Source of the DNA: Octopus sinensis
Taxonomy: Eukaryota
Reading direction: 5' to 3'
Length of the DNA: 64,000 nucleotides
Assembly (NCBI RefSeq): GCF_006345805.1
Contig: NC_043019.1
Coordinates: 17,607,360-17,671,359 of the forward strand
A program made the position numbers and the translations under genes. Within the stretch, counting starts at the first letter, position 1, and the number at the start of each line of letters is the position of its first letter. The notes beneath the pieces are model-generated. The model saw only the letters and a program-made list of their open reading frames with translations. It was not told where the DNA came from and did not search any database. Shown here one piece after another: positions 29,462 to 42,340 of the stretch.

Positions 29462-29490
29462 ACACATGCATGTATATGTGTGTGTGTGTA
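28495..29490. repeat. Complex (TA)n/(TATG)n/TATGTT microsatellite, ~1 kb
   Basis: Direct inspection. A shorter similar tract lies at 9080-9550. Confidence 0.95.
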
Positions 29491-30072
29491 TCTTGGCCAT
29501 ACTCCCAGATTCGTTGTGGTTGAAAAAAGATGGTTTAGCCACAGATGGAAAAAGTCTTGACCATTCATCTGCTGCATCAGGACTGACCTGGAGACAGGGA
29601 CTAAGAAATAAGACAAGATATTAGTATTTTTTAAAAACTGTATTGTTACTGTAGTAGTAGTGGTTGTGGTTGTGATGCAGCTCTGGCTGTAGTATATTCC
29701 ACAGGTTCATCAAAATACCTTGAAACCTTCTCTGTTCTCAACTCCTTTCATAATTAATTTTCACCTTTCAGAAAACCTCTCTTAACCATTTAGCATTTAA
29801 AGCCGGCCACATCCATCTTAGATGTTCTATGTTTTATGTCCAAACCAGCCTGATCCAGCTTCTCACACCTGCCTCACAATGTCATTCAAAAGATACACAA
29901 TCACATCATTGAAATCTCGGAGCTATGAGATCATCCCTGCCTAATTCAAAATAATGTAAATAAATAAGCATCGCATTTGACAGGGTAATAGAAGAGTTAA
30001 CAAGAATTTTTTTGCTATTTTGTGCTAATACCTTGTGGTGATGAAGACGATGTTTTTTTTTTTTTTGTACAG

Positions 30073-30152
30073 GTCATTAGTATCCAAGCCCCGTGAATTT
30101 GCTCATCTAATAAAGAATCGCTTTGGAAGTGCTGATAATATCAGTCAACTTG
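30073..30152 (+). CDS. TMCC: TMCC-family coding exon (80 nt, phase 2-1): [26 protein letters not shown]
   Basis: Poly-T tract + GTACAG acceptor and TTG|GTAAGT donor. The translation matches the conserved TMCC motif [22 protein letters not shown], recalled from vertebrate TMCC1. Confidence 0.92.
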
Positions 30153-30524
30153 GTAAGTATTGGTTTCGCTCCATTTTGTCCATCCTGCTGGGGTGGGTGG
30201 GTGGGTATATGTTTACAGAAACCATGTCTCTACATGGCCAAAGCAACAATGTCAGTGGATTGGTCAGTTGCTGGTTTTTTTTTGTTTTTGTTTCTACTTT
30301 TGTTTCCTGGTGCTTATGGTAGAGGGACTTCCCTGTTTTTGCTTTCTTTGCCTGTAAATATCTATCTTGTTATGTTCAGATAAAAGGAATGCCTACGGCT
30401 ACTCCAAGGACTTGTGTCCTCTCAAAGAGAAAAATACTCGTATCTATTTTTTTCATCATATTTAATGAATGCATTTTAGAGTTTTTAAGTTTTTTGTTTG
30501 TTTTATATTTCTCTTTTATTACTA

Positions 30525-30975
30525 CTCAATCTTTCCATGTTAACTGTATGGTAATATAATTTTTACCATGACAGCTTCTAACAGAAACACAAGTTCTTAA
30601 CCATGTTAACTGATTACAAAAATGCGGTAACAATAGAGTTTTTATCATGTTGATTACTGAAATATGGTAATAGCTTTTTTACCATGTTAACGACTAACAG
30701 AAATATAATTGTTGATTTTATCATTTTAACTACTGAAAGAAATATGGTAATAGCTTTTTTTACTATGTTTATCGTTAACAGAAATATAACAGTTTTTCTC
30801 ATGTTAATTACTGAAATATGGTAATAGCGTTTTTACTATGTTAACGACTAACAGAAATATAATAGTTGATTTTACTATGGTGACTGTTAACAGGTATACA
30901 ACAATAGCTTTTATGATGTTAACTGCTAACATAAAAAAATCATAATTTATACCATGTTATCTACTAATTAGAATA
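30525..30975. repeat. Degenerate ~35-40-bp minisatellite
   Basis: Recurring TTTTACCATGTTAAC..CTAACAGAAATAT motifs. Confidence 0.7.
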
Positions 30976-31221
30976 CAATATCCAGATTTGCTGTACACTG
31001 TATCCTTGAGCAAAGCACTTCCTATTGCCCCAGTCCACTTAGCTCCTAATGAGCAACCCTGTGACGGACCGGTGTTCTGTTGGTGGGGGACGTTAGCCTA
31101 CCTGCTTAACCAGTGAAGAGGCATCACCTGAAAGGTAAACCAATGTGAAGCACTTAGTGACCAATGGAGGTATAAGAACATTCAATAGTATGGTTGGAGT
31201 CATGATATATATATTGCTAGA

Positions 31222-31602
31222 CTAGCAGTATCGCCCGGCGTTGCTCGGGTTTGTAAGGGAAATAACTATATAAGCATTTTTAGAGAGTTATAGCCAAAAA
31301 ATAGCAAAAAATGGAAAAAAAAATGATGGTAAATTTTTTTTAAATCGTTGACTCATCGTAGACATTTTTAGAGAGTTACTTCCCTTATATAATAGCGAAA
31401 AAATGCATTCAAATGGAAAAAAATGATGGTAAATTTTTTTTTAAATCATAGACTCATCGTAGATGCGCGCTAATACCCAGAAGGGCTCGATATGAATTAC
31501 GACTATAATGTGGGAGTAGTTAGGAATCTAAAATGTGGGAGTAGTTAGGAATCTAAATCGTAGGAGACAGACACCACACAACCTTTCTTTTATATATAAC
31601 GA
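31222..31602 (-). mobile_element. Non-autonomous Helitron-like element (family H2)
   Basis: The minus strand starts A|TCGTTATATATAAAAG and ends with a CCCGAGC-AAC-GCCGGG hairpin then CTAG|T. It has internal duplications of about 60 bp and 26 bp. Confidence 0.7.
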
Positions 31603-31741
31603 TATGACTGTGTGGTCAAGGAGTTTGCTTCTCAGCCATGTTGTTTTGGAATCTCTTCCCTTGCATGACACTACGACTTCTACAATATCCGCAAGCTGGC
31701 TTAGGCCTTGCAAGTGGATTGGGTTGACAGAAACAGAAAGA

Positions 31742-31975
31742 AGGCGGTGAGCTGGCAGAAATGTTAGCACACCGGGCATAATGCTTGGCGGTATTTCGTC
31801 TGCTGTTTCGTTCTGAGTTCAAATTCCGCCGAGGACAACTTTGCCTTTCATCCTTTCGGGGTCGATAAAATAAGTACCAGTTACGCACTGGGGTCTATGT
31901 AATCGACTCAATCCCTTTTTCTGTCCTTGTTTGTCCCCTCTATGTTTAGCCCCTTGTGGGCAATAAGGAAATAAG
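31742..31975 (+). mobile_element. SINE family C with Tx1-like tail, inserted into a family B SINE
   Basis: Flanked by GAAACAGAAAGAAG / GAAACTGAAAGAAG. The tail is TTTGTCCCCTCTATGTTTAGCCCCTTGTGGGCAATAAGGAAATAA. Confidence 0.8.
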
Positions 31976-32682
31976 AAACTGAAAGAAGTCCATCATATAT
32001 GTATGCATACACACATGCACACGTTTGTGCATGTGTGTGCATTGGTGTATCTTACATGTCTTGACATTGCACAGTAGTTGTAAAGAAGCATCACTGTTAT
32101 ACAAGCAGTGATGTTAACTTCCAATCTTTCATGAAAACTTGTCAAGCTATCAAGCAGTATTACCTCATTAGGAACTAGGTGAAGATTAGCAACACAGAGA
32201 AATCTTCCTCAACAAGTTCCATTGGACCCATGCAAGCACAGAAAAGAGAATGTTAAAATGATAATAAGGCTAAAATCGCTATGCCCCACACACACTTATA
32301 AACAAACAAATGTACGCACAGTGGGGTATTGAGTGCCCCATATGCAAAGAAAGGTTGCTTGACCGATTGGCATATATTTACTTGCCAACACACTCACTCC
32401 AACCTTTGTTCCGCAGAAGTGCTGACATCTCTCTCTGACTCTCCTTCCTATAATAGCCTCTACTCTCTGGAGCATCTTAATCTCATGCTTCCCCCATTTA
32501 GGCCCTCCCCAACTCCTTCATTCCTGTTCTTCTCAGCACCCACTTTATTATCCATTCTTTCAGGTACTCTGCTAACCACTGTAGCCAATCCTTCCTCATT
32601 GGACTGTAGGGTTGCAGAGGTAGATTGCTCCCACTGCACATGTTCTTCTCATAGCTATCAACTTGCAATTGTTCAAGTGGAG

Positions 32683-32721
<39 letters not shown>

Positions 32722-33389
32722 TTATAGATACATACGTGCTTCCACATGCTCACACACAAGCACATACTCATACATTTCTAGATACATACGCATACATACA
32801 TCTTTCCGTTTTTGATACATTTGATTCTTGCGTTCTTGGTTATGTTTGAAAGTGTGACTTGAAATTTTGTTTCCTTTCATTTCTATTGAAGCATGGTTCC
32901 ATGGAACATTTCCAAACTCTAATTCACATTTCTTCTTCTCCCTTCTTTCTCTCTACATTATTTTTTTCCTCCATTTATTCAACTTTACAATTAGCTTTTG
33001 TTTCTCTCTTATAGAAATAATAGATCTTTCAAAATCAGCTGGTATTACACAATCCATTAATCTGCTTGCAATTTTTTCATTACCCTTAATTCTAAAATTA
33101 GAATTCCTATTCAAATCCTTAAATAGACTTTAGACTAAATACACAAATAATTTTGATCATTAGATTTCATGTTATTAGAATTAATACAGATTGTTATATG
33201 AGAGCACAAAAAGCTTAGGTGTATGTACACAACACAAACACACTCACACACACACACACGTATATACAAATTGGCTAATTAGCAGAGTTACAAATGATTG
33301 CTTTGTAGAAGCCATTTCAGCTCTATACTCGAGGTTCCAATGTATGTATGTGTGTGTATGTGTGTATGTATATATATATATATATAATA

Positions 33390-33560
33390 GGCGCAGGAGT
33401 GGCTGTGTGGTAAGTAGCTTGCTTACCAACCACATGGTTCCGGGTTCAGTCCCATTGCGTGGCACCTTGGGTAAGTGTCTTCTACTATAGCCTCGGGCCG
33501 ACCAAACCCTTGTGAGTGGATTTGGTAGACGGAAACTGAAAGAAGCCCGTCGTATATATG

Positions 33561-33591
<31 letters not shown>

Positions 33592-33803
33592 TTGGGTGTC
33601 TGTGTTTGTCCCCCCCAACATCTCTTGACAACAGATGCTGGTATGTTTATGTCCCCGTTACTTAGCGGTTCGGCAAAAGAGACTGATAGAATAAGTACTG
33701 GGCTTACAAAGAATAAGTCCCGGGGTCGATTTGCTCGACTAAAGGCGGTGCTCCAGCATGGCCGCAGTCAAATGACTGAAACAAGTAAAAGAGTAAAAGA
33801 GTA
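33390..33803 (+). mobile_element. tRNA-type SINE (family B), full length
   Basis: Runs from the GGCGCAGGAGTGGCTGTGTGG head to the GAGTAAAAGAGTA tail. Confidence 0.85.
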
Positions 33804-34309
33804 CTATAATAATTGAACAATATTATAGATGATTCTGTGGTTGTGAAATTAATTAGTTAATTATTTCAAATGCAAGATTATTGTTGTTGCTGTTGTTGTT
33901 ATCTAATATTCTGGATTAAAATGGTTTTCAGTTTATTGTTTGAAAAATATAACTGAAATAATTTGAAGCTATTTAGATTTATACAATAAAGAAGTAAATC
34001 AAATTGGTAAAGAAATAAAAATAGTAAATATAATAAAACTAAAAAAATATTACTTCAACTTTGTAGCAGATGTTTTAGTCAAATAATATAAAATAAACAA
34101 GGAGAATAATAAATATAAACCTGTATATTAACACTTTGTAACTTTCTACTGTTTTCACTCACTACTTGCCTATGTGTTTGTGTATAAACCTACATTTATA
34201 CATTTATTACACATGTACAAGTAAGTGTATATGTTTTTGTCTATGTGCATGTGTATATATGTATGTGTATATGTATGTATATGTGCATGTGTAATTATAT
34301 ACATGGACA

Positions 34310-34350
<41 letters not shown>

Positions 34351-34689
34351 ACATACATATGTGTGTATATATGTGTGATGAACTAAGCTGACCAGGTACG
34401 TCACAAGGGGGTGGAGTTGATGAATCTTATATATAGTCCTATGATTGAAAAAAGTAAAAGATGTGATGTGTAAGAGAGAAAGGAAAAACATTTAACCAAC
34501 AGAAAAGTATTATATTAAAACAAAATAGCTTTTTCATTCCTCTTTAAATCAGTAATCCAGGATGCAGAGTTTCAGGGGAAAAAAAATCACTTTACTTTAC
34601 GTTTTCCCTCCGAAATTAGTTTCATTTTTGTCTGGGTAGCTTGGAGAATTAAAGTTTTCTTCATACAAAGGAGCTATTTAAAAAAAAAA

Positions 34690-35200
34690 TTTATCTTAGA
34701 GGGGTACATATAATTGGACTGACTCTTGAAGAAATTTGTGGAGTAATAAGGTTTTATCCTCCTCTGACAAAATAAATAAATATCTGGCCAGGTATTGATG
34801 CAAATATTTTGATTGAATACCTGGCCTTTTTTTTATCCATTCTTTTAAGTCCCTATATGTAGAAGGAAAACTCTTCAGTTTCAGACAATCACATGGAGCA
34901 CACACACTAACAGGAGTCACATGAAGGTCCTTGATCAGTGGAAGACTCATGTACATAAGACTCACTAACTTCACATTGAAGTTCTTCCAGACCTGAGACT
35001 ACAGGTGCTTTCAGTGCAAAAACCACACCTCCTCACAGTTACCACTACAGTAAAAAGCTGAACCTCTGGCCGGTTCTGTAAAATGCCCTCCATTCACAAG
35101 TGCTGTAGTGTTGTAGCTCCTTTGCTGTAAGTGCAGAGTTGCTTTCAGGAAATGCTGTTGATTCATTATCAAGGGGAGTTTGGGTGTTCCAGCGGCCACT
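34690..35200 (-). mobile_element. Possible Merlin/IS1016-like transposase remnant
   Basis: Minus-strand WIKKRPGIQSKYLHQYLARYLF loosely resembles the C-terminal W..K..GI...L..YL.EY.F segment of ISXO2/Merlin transposases. The resemblance is weak and from memory. Confidence 0.35.
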
Positions 35201-36064
35201 ATTCATAGGCTTATATTTTCTCACAGTCTCAGGATGAAGTACTGGACTTACAAAGAATAAGTCCCGGGGTCGATTTGCTCGACTAAAGGCGGTGCTCCAG
35301 CATGGCTGCAGTCAAATGACTGAAACAATTAAAAGAGAGTAAAGAGAGATTATTTTGTAGGTAGGAGAGTATTATCCTTGTTTATTTTTCTTAATTGGTC
35401 ACCATTTAGTATTTGCTGATGAATAATGGCAACACTGAAAATTTGGGATCTTTACTGCTTACAACTAGGAGCTGTGTCATCCTTTGGGGGAACTGTTTAT
35501 ATGTAATTTGAGAACCATGTCACTACTAATTTGTCAACTTAATCACACATTCAGTTATAATTCTTATTGTATTCGAGTGTGCCTTTTAAATTACACTAAT
35601 AATCAGTAATTTTGTTTGACCTAAAGTTTCTTTGATACACAAAAGGAAGTTGTAATCTAGTTTGTATATAACATTTTTTTTTTTTTTTAGTTATTTTGTG
35701 TTTATTTTCTTGCACTAATAATGTTGGGTTTTTGGTGAAACAGTTATTTTTATATTAACAAAAATGGTAATGACTTAGCTTTGAAGTAAAAATCGAATCT
35801 GTCACTCAGACTAATTGAGACAAGCACAATTGAGTCTACCCCAATAGATATTCCATCAGTATTTCAGCATCTTAAAGCCATTATGACATCAATTTTCTTT
35901 GATCCTTTCCTGATCATATTTTGTAATGAAATAAATCCTAAGTTTGTTTCAATGGGTTTTGAAAATAATCAGTTTAGAGAGAATTAATAAAATAACTTTT
36001 TTTTGTTTTTTTTTGTAATTTTAAGCTAGTGTTTAGGATATTACTTAACCCTTTTAACATTTAA

Positions 36065-36266
36065 CCCTTTTGATGCCAACCCGGCTGAAACCGCCTCTGG
36101 CTCTGTAGTAAGTTTTGAATTAAGATCTTCCACCAAACCTTAGTCACAATTTATGTTCCTAACACTAGCTGAATGATAACTAAGTTATTTTACTAAATTC
36201 TTTGTTATATTTAATGTAATTGAAAAAAACACAGAGCATCTCAAAATAAATACAGTAACAAAAGGG
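36065..36266. mobile_element. piggyBac-like MITE (CCCTTTTG..CAAAAGGG, TTAA TSD)
   Basis: TTAA at 36061-36064 and 36267-36270. A second copy at 39373-39593 is also TTAA-flanked. Confidence 0.8.
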
Positions 36267-37236
36267 TTAAACTGGCCATATCTGGCCAAAGTATTCCATC
36301 AGTTTTATGTTCAAACTGACCAGATCTGGCCCCTACGTAAAAAGCACCATCTGAACGTGGCCGATGCCAGCGCCGCTTTGACTGCCTTCCGTGCCGGTGG
36401 CACGTAAAAAGCACCAATCCGATCATGGCCGCTGCCAGCCTCGCCTGGCACCTGTGCCGGTGGCACGTAAAAAGCACCAATCCGATCGTGGCCGCTGCCA
36501 GCCTCGCCTGGCACGTAAAAAGCACCCACTACACTCATAGAGTGGTTGGCGTTAGGAAGGGCATCCAGCTGTAGAAACACTGCCAGATCAAGACTGGAGC
36601 TCGGTGCAGCCTTCTGGTTTCCCAGATCCCCGGTCGAACCGTCCAACCCATGCTAGCATGGAGAACGGATGTTAAACGATGATGATGATGATGAAATAAG
36701 CAATCATGTCATTGAAATCTCAAAGTACGACATAATGCATGCACGACTAATTCAATTGAAATAAATAAGCATTATATTTGCCAGAATAATCTGAATGCTA
36801 AAGGTTTCAAGTTTCTGACATAAAGTTTATGATTTAAGCAGAGTACTTTAAAACAGGTGGTATTGTATCATAAAATTAGATGTGGTCTCAGGTTGGCTCT
36901 GTAACATACCTTAAATGTTTTTCCATCTTACCTTGCTATATTTATTTTTAACAATTTGGAAAATATGATTTGTATATAAAATTAGATTAGAATATATCTT
37001 TCTTACAAAATATAAGACTTCACTGCGATTATTTAAGGGTCAGATATTTTGTTATTTGTGTTGAAGTTGGCTTTAAGATGCTATTTCTGATCTCTATTTG
37101 CATTTTTTTTTTGTTATTGTGTATTGATTCTATGGAAATTTAGCGGTTCCCTTTTTCAGTAGAAAAGAAAAAAAAAAAAACATCCTGTTTAGAATCTCTC
37201 TCAACTGTGCTTAGGAGTAGTGTCACTGTTTTTTAG

Positions 37237-37302
37237 AAATGCTGGTCCCTGTTCAGCAGAGATTACCAAGGAAAATATCTGGACCAAAAGCACATAATTA
37301 TG
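37237..37302 (+). CDS. TMCC: Candidate alternative TMCC exon A (66 nt, phase 1-1): EMLVPVQQRLPRKISGPKAHNY
   Basis: CTGTTTTTTAG acceptor and ATG|GTAAGT donor. Length is a multiple of 3, the frame is open, and the phase matches the flanking exons. I recognise no homology, so support is splice signals and phase only. Confidence 0.5.
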
Positions 37303-37344
37303 GTAAGTGTCAGTCTAGAAATTTTGCTAAGTCATCCTTTATAG

Positions 37345-37368
37345 AATTTAGTTCACAATCAATGAAAG
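37345..37368 (+). CDS. TMCC: Candidate TMCC micro-exon B (24 nt, phase 1-1): EFSSQSMK
   Basis: TCCTTTATAG acceptor and AAG|GTAAGT donor, in frame. Inclusion gives MK-DSMEE, similar to vertebrate LK-DSLEE. Confidence 0.55.
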
Positions 37369-39372
37369 GTAAGTATATTTCATCTGCTCCTCTTAGAAAC
37401 CAGTGTCTGTCTGTCTGTATCTACGTGTCTTGTTTAGCCACACATACAAAGCATATATTTTCTGCAATATTTTTTTTTTCTTCCTAAATTTGCTATCTTG
37501 GTGCTTTTTCTTTTCTTTTTCTTTCTTTTCTATGATCCGTATTTTTGTCTTGCTCCATTTTGTTAGAAGATCTTTTAAATTGAAAGCAATGGCCATTCTT
37601 AGTTTTGAAATATATCTGTCTCACCATTTTGCATCATTGTAGGATTACTTAGCATTTATATTATATAAGAAGATATCAAACTCAAATCAGAGTCTCTCCA
37701 TTTTTTCTTTTGTAAAACTTTAGTAATAATTGAAATTAAATTTTATTGTGTATAAGCAAAAACTGTGTTTTTAATCAAAATAGCAGCTAAAGGTTGGAAA
37801 ATGCTTTAAGGGATGTTTTATGATTTTCTTTCTGTTTTACTAGTACATTGATTGAGATTTGTGACGATTATTAATTATAAATTCACATCTCTGAATTAAT
37901 CATCTGGAAATTAAATTTTCAATTGTAAGAACAACTGCTAAAACATCTAAACTTTCAGTTGTCATGGAAACGGTTAGTTTTAATATCATATAGCTAGCTT
38001 GAATCTCACTGGTGCAGCCACTTGGGCAAGTACCTTCTGTTCTAGCCTTGAATCGACCCAGTGAAATGGAATATCTTGAATGGACTGTATTTGATCTCAG
38101 GTGGCAGACATAATCTATTACCTTGTTTAATGTCACCATCTGGCCCTTAGGTAGGTACTTTTAGCAGAATCCACTCTAATACAAACATTTAAATCTGGAG
38201 ATAACCTATGAGTTGTGGATTCTTCCTCTCACTTACATGAACCGGTCTTGGTACACCTGTGAAACTAGTCGTGAGTACAGCTGCTTTTCTTGTCTGACCA
38301 AACCATAAATGTCGTGTATGTGTAACTGAAGGTAATCCACTCTGTGTGTTCTGCACCTCATGCGTTTATTAAGAGGACAAAGAGATGAATGAACTGATTG
38401 GTTTTCTGTTGCTCGAGTAAAGCACAGAGGCAAGGACTGAAAGTATAAACCATCAGATTGGAACAGATGTAGATACATACTCTACTACATGTACTGAGTA
38501 TTTTTTCCCCTGCAAATTAATAACACTCGTATCATTTAGGCCAGTGATGCATGTAACAGGTGATATTATTACCCTTAGTTTAGAAATGAAGGTTCACAGT
38601 TTGAACTCTTTGTACTCTGTACACATTTAAGAGTAACCCACTGAGATGTCAAAGCAGTCATAATATCATGTATAAATAAATACTGTCAATAGTTTGACAA
38701 ATTATAATTTAACAACTCATCCTAGACATTTAACATTACTAATTAGGTATGTGTTTAATCTTCCTTGTGTATCAGAAAATCAACCTAACATAACTGTGTG
38801 CATGTCTGCATGATTCTATTGTTTTCTAACTAAAGTGTAATGTAATTTCTTAAATACAACATTAAGAAATGTTTTGTATGATAATATAAATGAATTAAAA
38901 TGTCTCATAACATTTATATATCTTATGTTTACAAAATACTTTGGCAGTCTGTTCATTATATATTATGTTGATCTTTTTTTGCTGTTTTTTTTCACTCTTT
39001 AACATTTACTTATAAGAAAAGAATCAGGGAAATAAGTTTTCAGAATCGAATCCAGCCATTCACGTGTTTGACTCTGGGGTTGCTGCTACTTTTGATCTGA
39101 AGTATATTTGTTGTGCATGTTAGCACAAATTAGCTGACAGAGGAGGGCGTGGAGTTTTTCCTGCATTAAATTGCATGTTCTCTTCAGCCAATTTATCTGT
39201 AGAATCCAGATCTTTGAGTAGAAGGTTAGCATTGAGAGAATTCTTGCTTGTGCTACTTCTGTGTCATTGGCATAGCTAGTAAGAGTGGGTGTCATTATAA
39301 CTGGTGGCATATCTGAGAGTCACCACAAACAGCAATGGCCCAGTTTCCTGAGGCACTTCACTCAACTATTAA

Positions 39373-39593
39373 CCCTTTTGTTACCAACCCGGCTGAAACC
39401 GGCTCTGGCTCTGTAGTACAAATGTCTTATTTTCAAAAGTTTTGAATTAAAATCTTCCACCAAACCTTAGTCACAATTAACGTTCCTAACACTAGCTTAA
39501 TGATAACTAAGTTATTTTACTAAATTCTTTGTTATATTTAATGTAATTGAAAGAAACACAGAGCATCTCAAAAGAAATACGGTAACAAAAGAG
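39373..39593. mobile_element. piggyBac-like MITE, second copy
   Basis: TTAA|CCCTTTTGTTACC ... GGTAACAAAAGAG|TTAA. Confidence 0.8.
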
Positions 39594-40169
39594 TTAATGT
39601 CTCATAGGAGAGGGCTTCATTGGCTTCCACAGACTGACAAATGTCTTTTAAGAAGTCATACCACTCTCCCAGTTTTCCAACTATACCAAATCCTTGTAGT
39701 TTGTGACAATATTATCCCATGATCAACCTCGTCAAAGACCTTTGCAAAATCAATATTTATCGCATCCATATATACATATATTTATATACATATGTATCAT
39801 CATCATCATCATCATCAACATCCATGTTCCATGCTGGCATGGGTTGGACAGTTTGACGAACCAATGTGTCCAAAGACTGCTTGATGCTCTAGTAACTGCT
39901 TTGGCATGTCTTCATGGCTGGATGTCCTTTCTAACTCCAATCACTTTACAGTGTGGACTGGGTGCTTTTTTTGTGCTACCTGCACTATTGTGGTCGCCAT
40001 ACAGTTTGCAGTAGGACTATGAGCCCTGAGATAGGTTGGGCATAGCTACATGATAGAGGATTACTGGGGAGGGTGGGTGGGTGGCAGAGTAGTTTTCTGC
40101 AGAGGGATCTGCATAGCTACTTACACCTAGTAAGAGAGAGAGAGAAAGATAAAATGATTTGTAAGTACT

Positions 40170-41640
40170 AAGATGAGGTGCCTAAGTAACCCCACAAGGT
40201 ACAAGTTGGGGAGAGGTGGGTGGATTGTATGATTGTTTGAGAAGGTGAATGAGGGTGGGGCAGATTGCCAAAATAGTTTGGGTAGAAGAAGAAATGAGAC
40301 AAATTATGAGCTGGGGATAATAGAGAGATGCAGAAAGACAAGGGCAGTGAGGGATGCATCATGCATACCTCCCAGGGCAGTTAATTTCACTGTTTTCATG
40401 AGAAAATTTGAGATACATTCAAATGGAGCCATTCAAATCCTTGCACAGTCATCAGCCAATAATCTGGTCGCAGTTCACTGATGACATCTTATGTCTGAGA
40501 AGGATTGCAAGATAGTTTAGTTAACTTCTTGCATTTTTGTGAGTGCTTTGCATAAAACTATGGATTTAAGTCCAATATAAAATTGTCATGGAGTTTTTTC
40601 AAAGACTAGTGTTGAAGTTTTGGATACAAAAGTTAAGCTTTCAGAAGGTGACAGAATTAATTCAAAGACCCACATTTTCATACCAGATTTTTTTTTCCAC
40701 TGCCGCTCCAATCATCTGCATCTTACAATTGAGCTAAATCTGAAATCCCAGTTTTTGAGGATAAAACAGATTTGTACTGACATAGGGGATGCAGATGCTC
40801 TTGTGCACCATTGTGTCAAATGCAGTTATAGTGAATCATGATTAAAGGAAAATGCAAATGGCATAGCTACAATTAGCCAAGGAAGTAAAACTTTCATGTT
40901 TAATTTTAGCAGCCAAAGGAAGATTTATGATTGAATTTATTTAGTGATAGACTGGCACTGAAGTTTTGTTGGCATTTTAAGTGTTGCCTGAAAGTTACCA
41001 GTATATTTCAAAAAAATATACTTGCTTCAAAAACAATAATTCCTCAGCTGCCTCTTACAGTGTTAAAAATATAAGGGAACTGTTAAGCAGTAACTCTAAT
41101 CCTAATGAAAACTTCACAGAAGTTTCTGAATGCTCTCCCTGAAAGACGGCTGCAAGACAGGTGAGACTTGTCCATTGTGTAACAACGTTTGTCAACTCCA
41201 CCACAAACCATAACAGAAATGTTATGATTCATACAGAAGATGGGACCTGTGAGGATTCTCATTTGGTGTACACAGCAGAATGCACCAAACAGAACTTAAT
41301 TTATGCTGGTTGTATGACAGAAAAATTTAAAATAAGATGCAAATGGGTACAGGTATGATGTCAGGTACAATAACAGTGGTTGGACAGAACTTGTCAAAAG
41401 ACGTTTTTCATCAGATGGCTGTAAATTTGAGGAACACCTGAAAATACAGATTCTCAGAAATGTTCAAACTCCACTGCATTGAGGATAAATATATTTGTGA
41501 ATTACTAATGTCATGCCCTGGAGGAATGAATGAAATGGTTAGAACATACCATCACATTTACATGAAACATTTTGATCAAGTGTTTTCTTTCCTTTTTTTC
41601 TTTTCTTCTTTGTCATTCTCTTTTTATTGTTTCTTTGTTA
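40170..41640 (+). mobile_element. Degenerate Penelope-like element (RT C-terminus + GIY-YIG endonuclease)
   Basis: SNHLHLTIE..KSQFLRIKQIC (RT thumb), TCEDSHLVYTAEC..NLIYAG (GIY-YIG) and EDKYICELL..PGGMN (PLE C-terminal motif). Confidence 0.75.
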
Positions 41641-41821
41641 TCAGTTATGAAAAAGCAAAAATTTATGATACCATTTTGTCTTAAAAGGAATGCATTATAT
41701 TTCAGTTCCAATTTTGAATTTCTGTATTTCTGGGGTTTTTTTTCCTTCTCAATTTGAACCTGAGGAAGACCTTTACTGTCAAAATATTGTTCAATTCAAT
41801 AAAAAGAGTTGATCTCTTTTC

Positions 41822-42033
41822 TCTCTTTTACTTGTTTCAGTCATTTGACTGTGGCCATGCTGGAGCACCGCCTTTAATCGAGCAACTCGACCCCGGGACT
41901 TATTCTTTTGTAAGCCCAGTACTTATTCTATTGGTCTCTTTTGCCGAACCACTAAGTAACGGGGACGTAAACACACCAGCATCGGTTGTCAAGCAATGCT
42001 AGGGGGACAAACACAGACACACAAACACACCCA

Positions 42034-42077
<44 letters not shown>

Positions 42078-42242
42078 TACGACGGGCTTCTTTCAATTTC
42101 CGTCTACCAAATTCACTCACAAGGCTTTGGTCAGCCCGAGGCTATAGTAGAAGACACTTGCTCAAGGTGCCATGCAGTGGGACTGAACCCGGAACCATGT
42201 GGTTGGTAAACAAGCTACTTACCACACAGCCACTCCTGCGCC
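41822..42242 (-). mobile_element. tRNA-type SINE (family B), full length
   Basis: Colinear with the other copies. TTGATCTCT is present on both flanks (41810-41818 and 42245-42253). Confidence 0.85.
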
Positions 42243-42340
42243 ATTTGATCTCTATTTATTACAAAGTGTATCATGCTCTTCCTATTGATTATTTACTTCC
42301 ATGAAGAGTTGTCAATCTTCATAAATACTAATTATTATTA

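Noticed and set aside
32329-32727. 132-aa ORF
   Set aside because: It has no recognisable motif or convincing splice signals and ends in a (CA)n tract.
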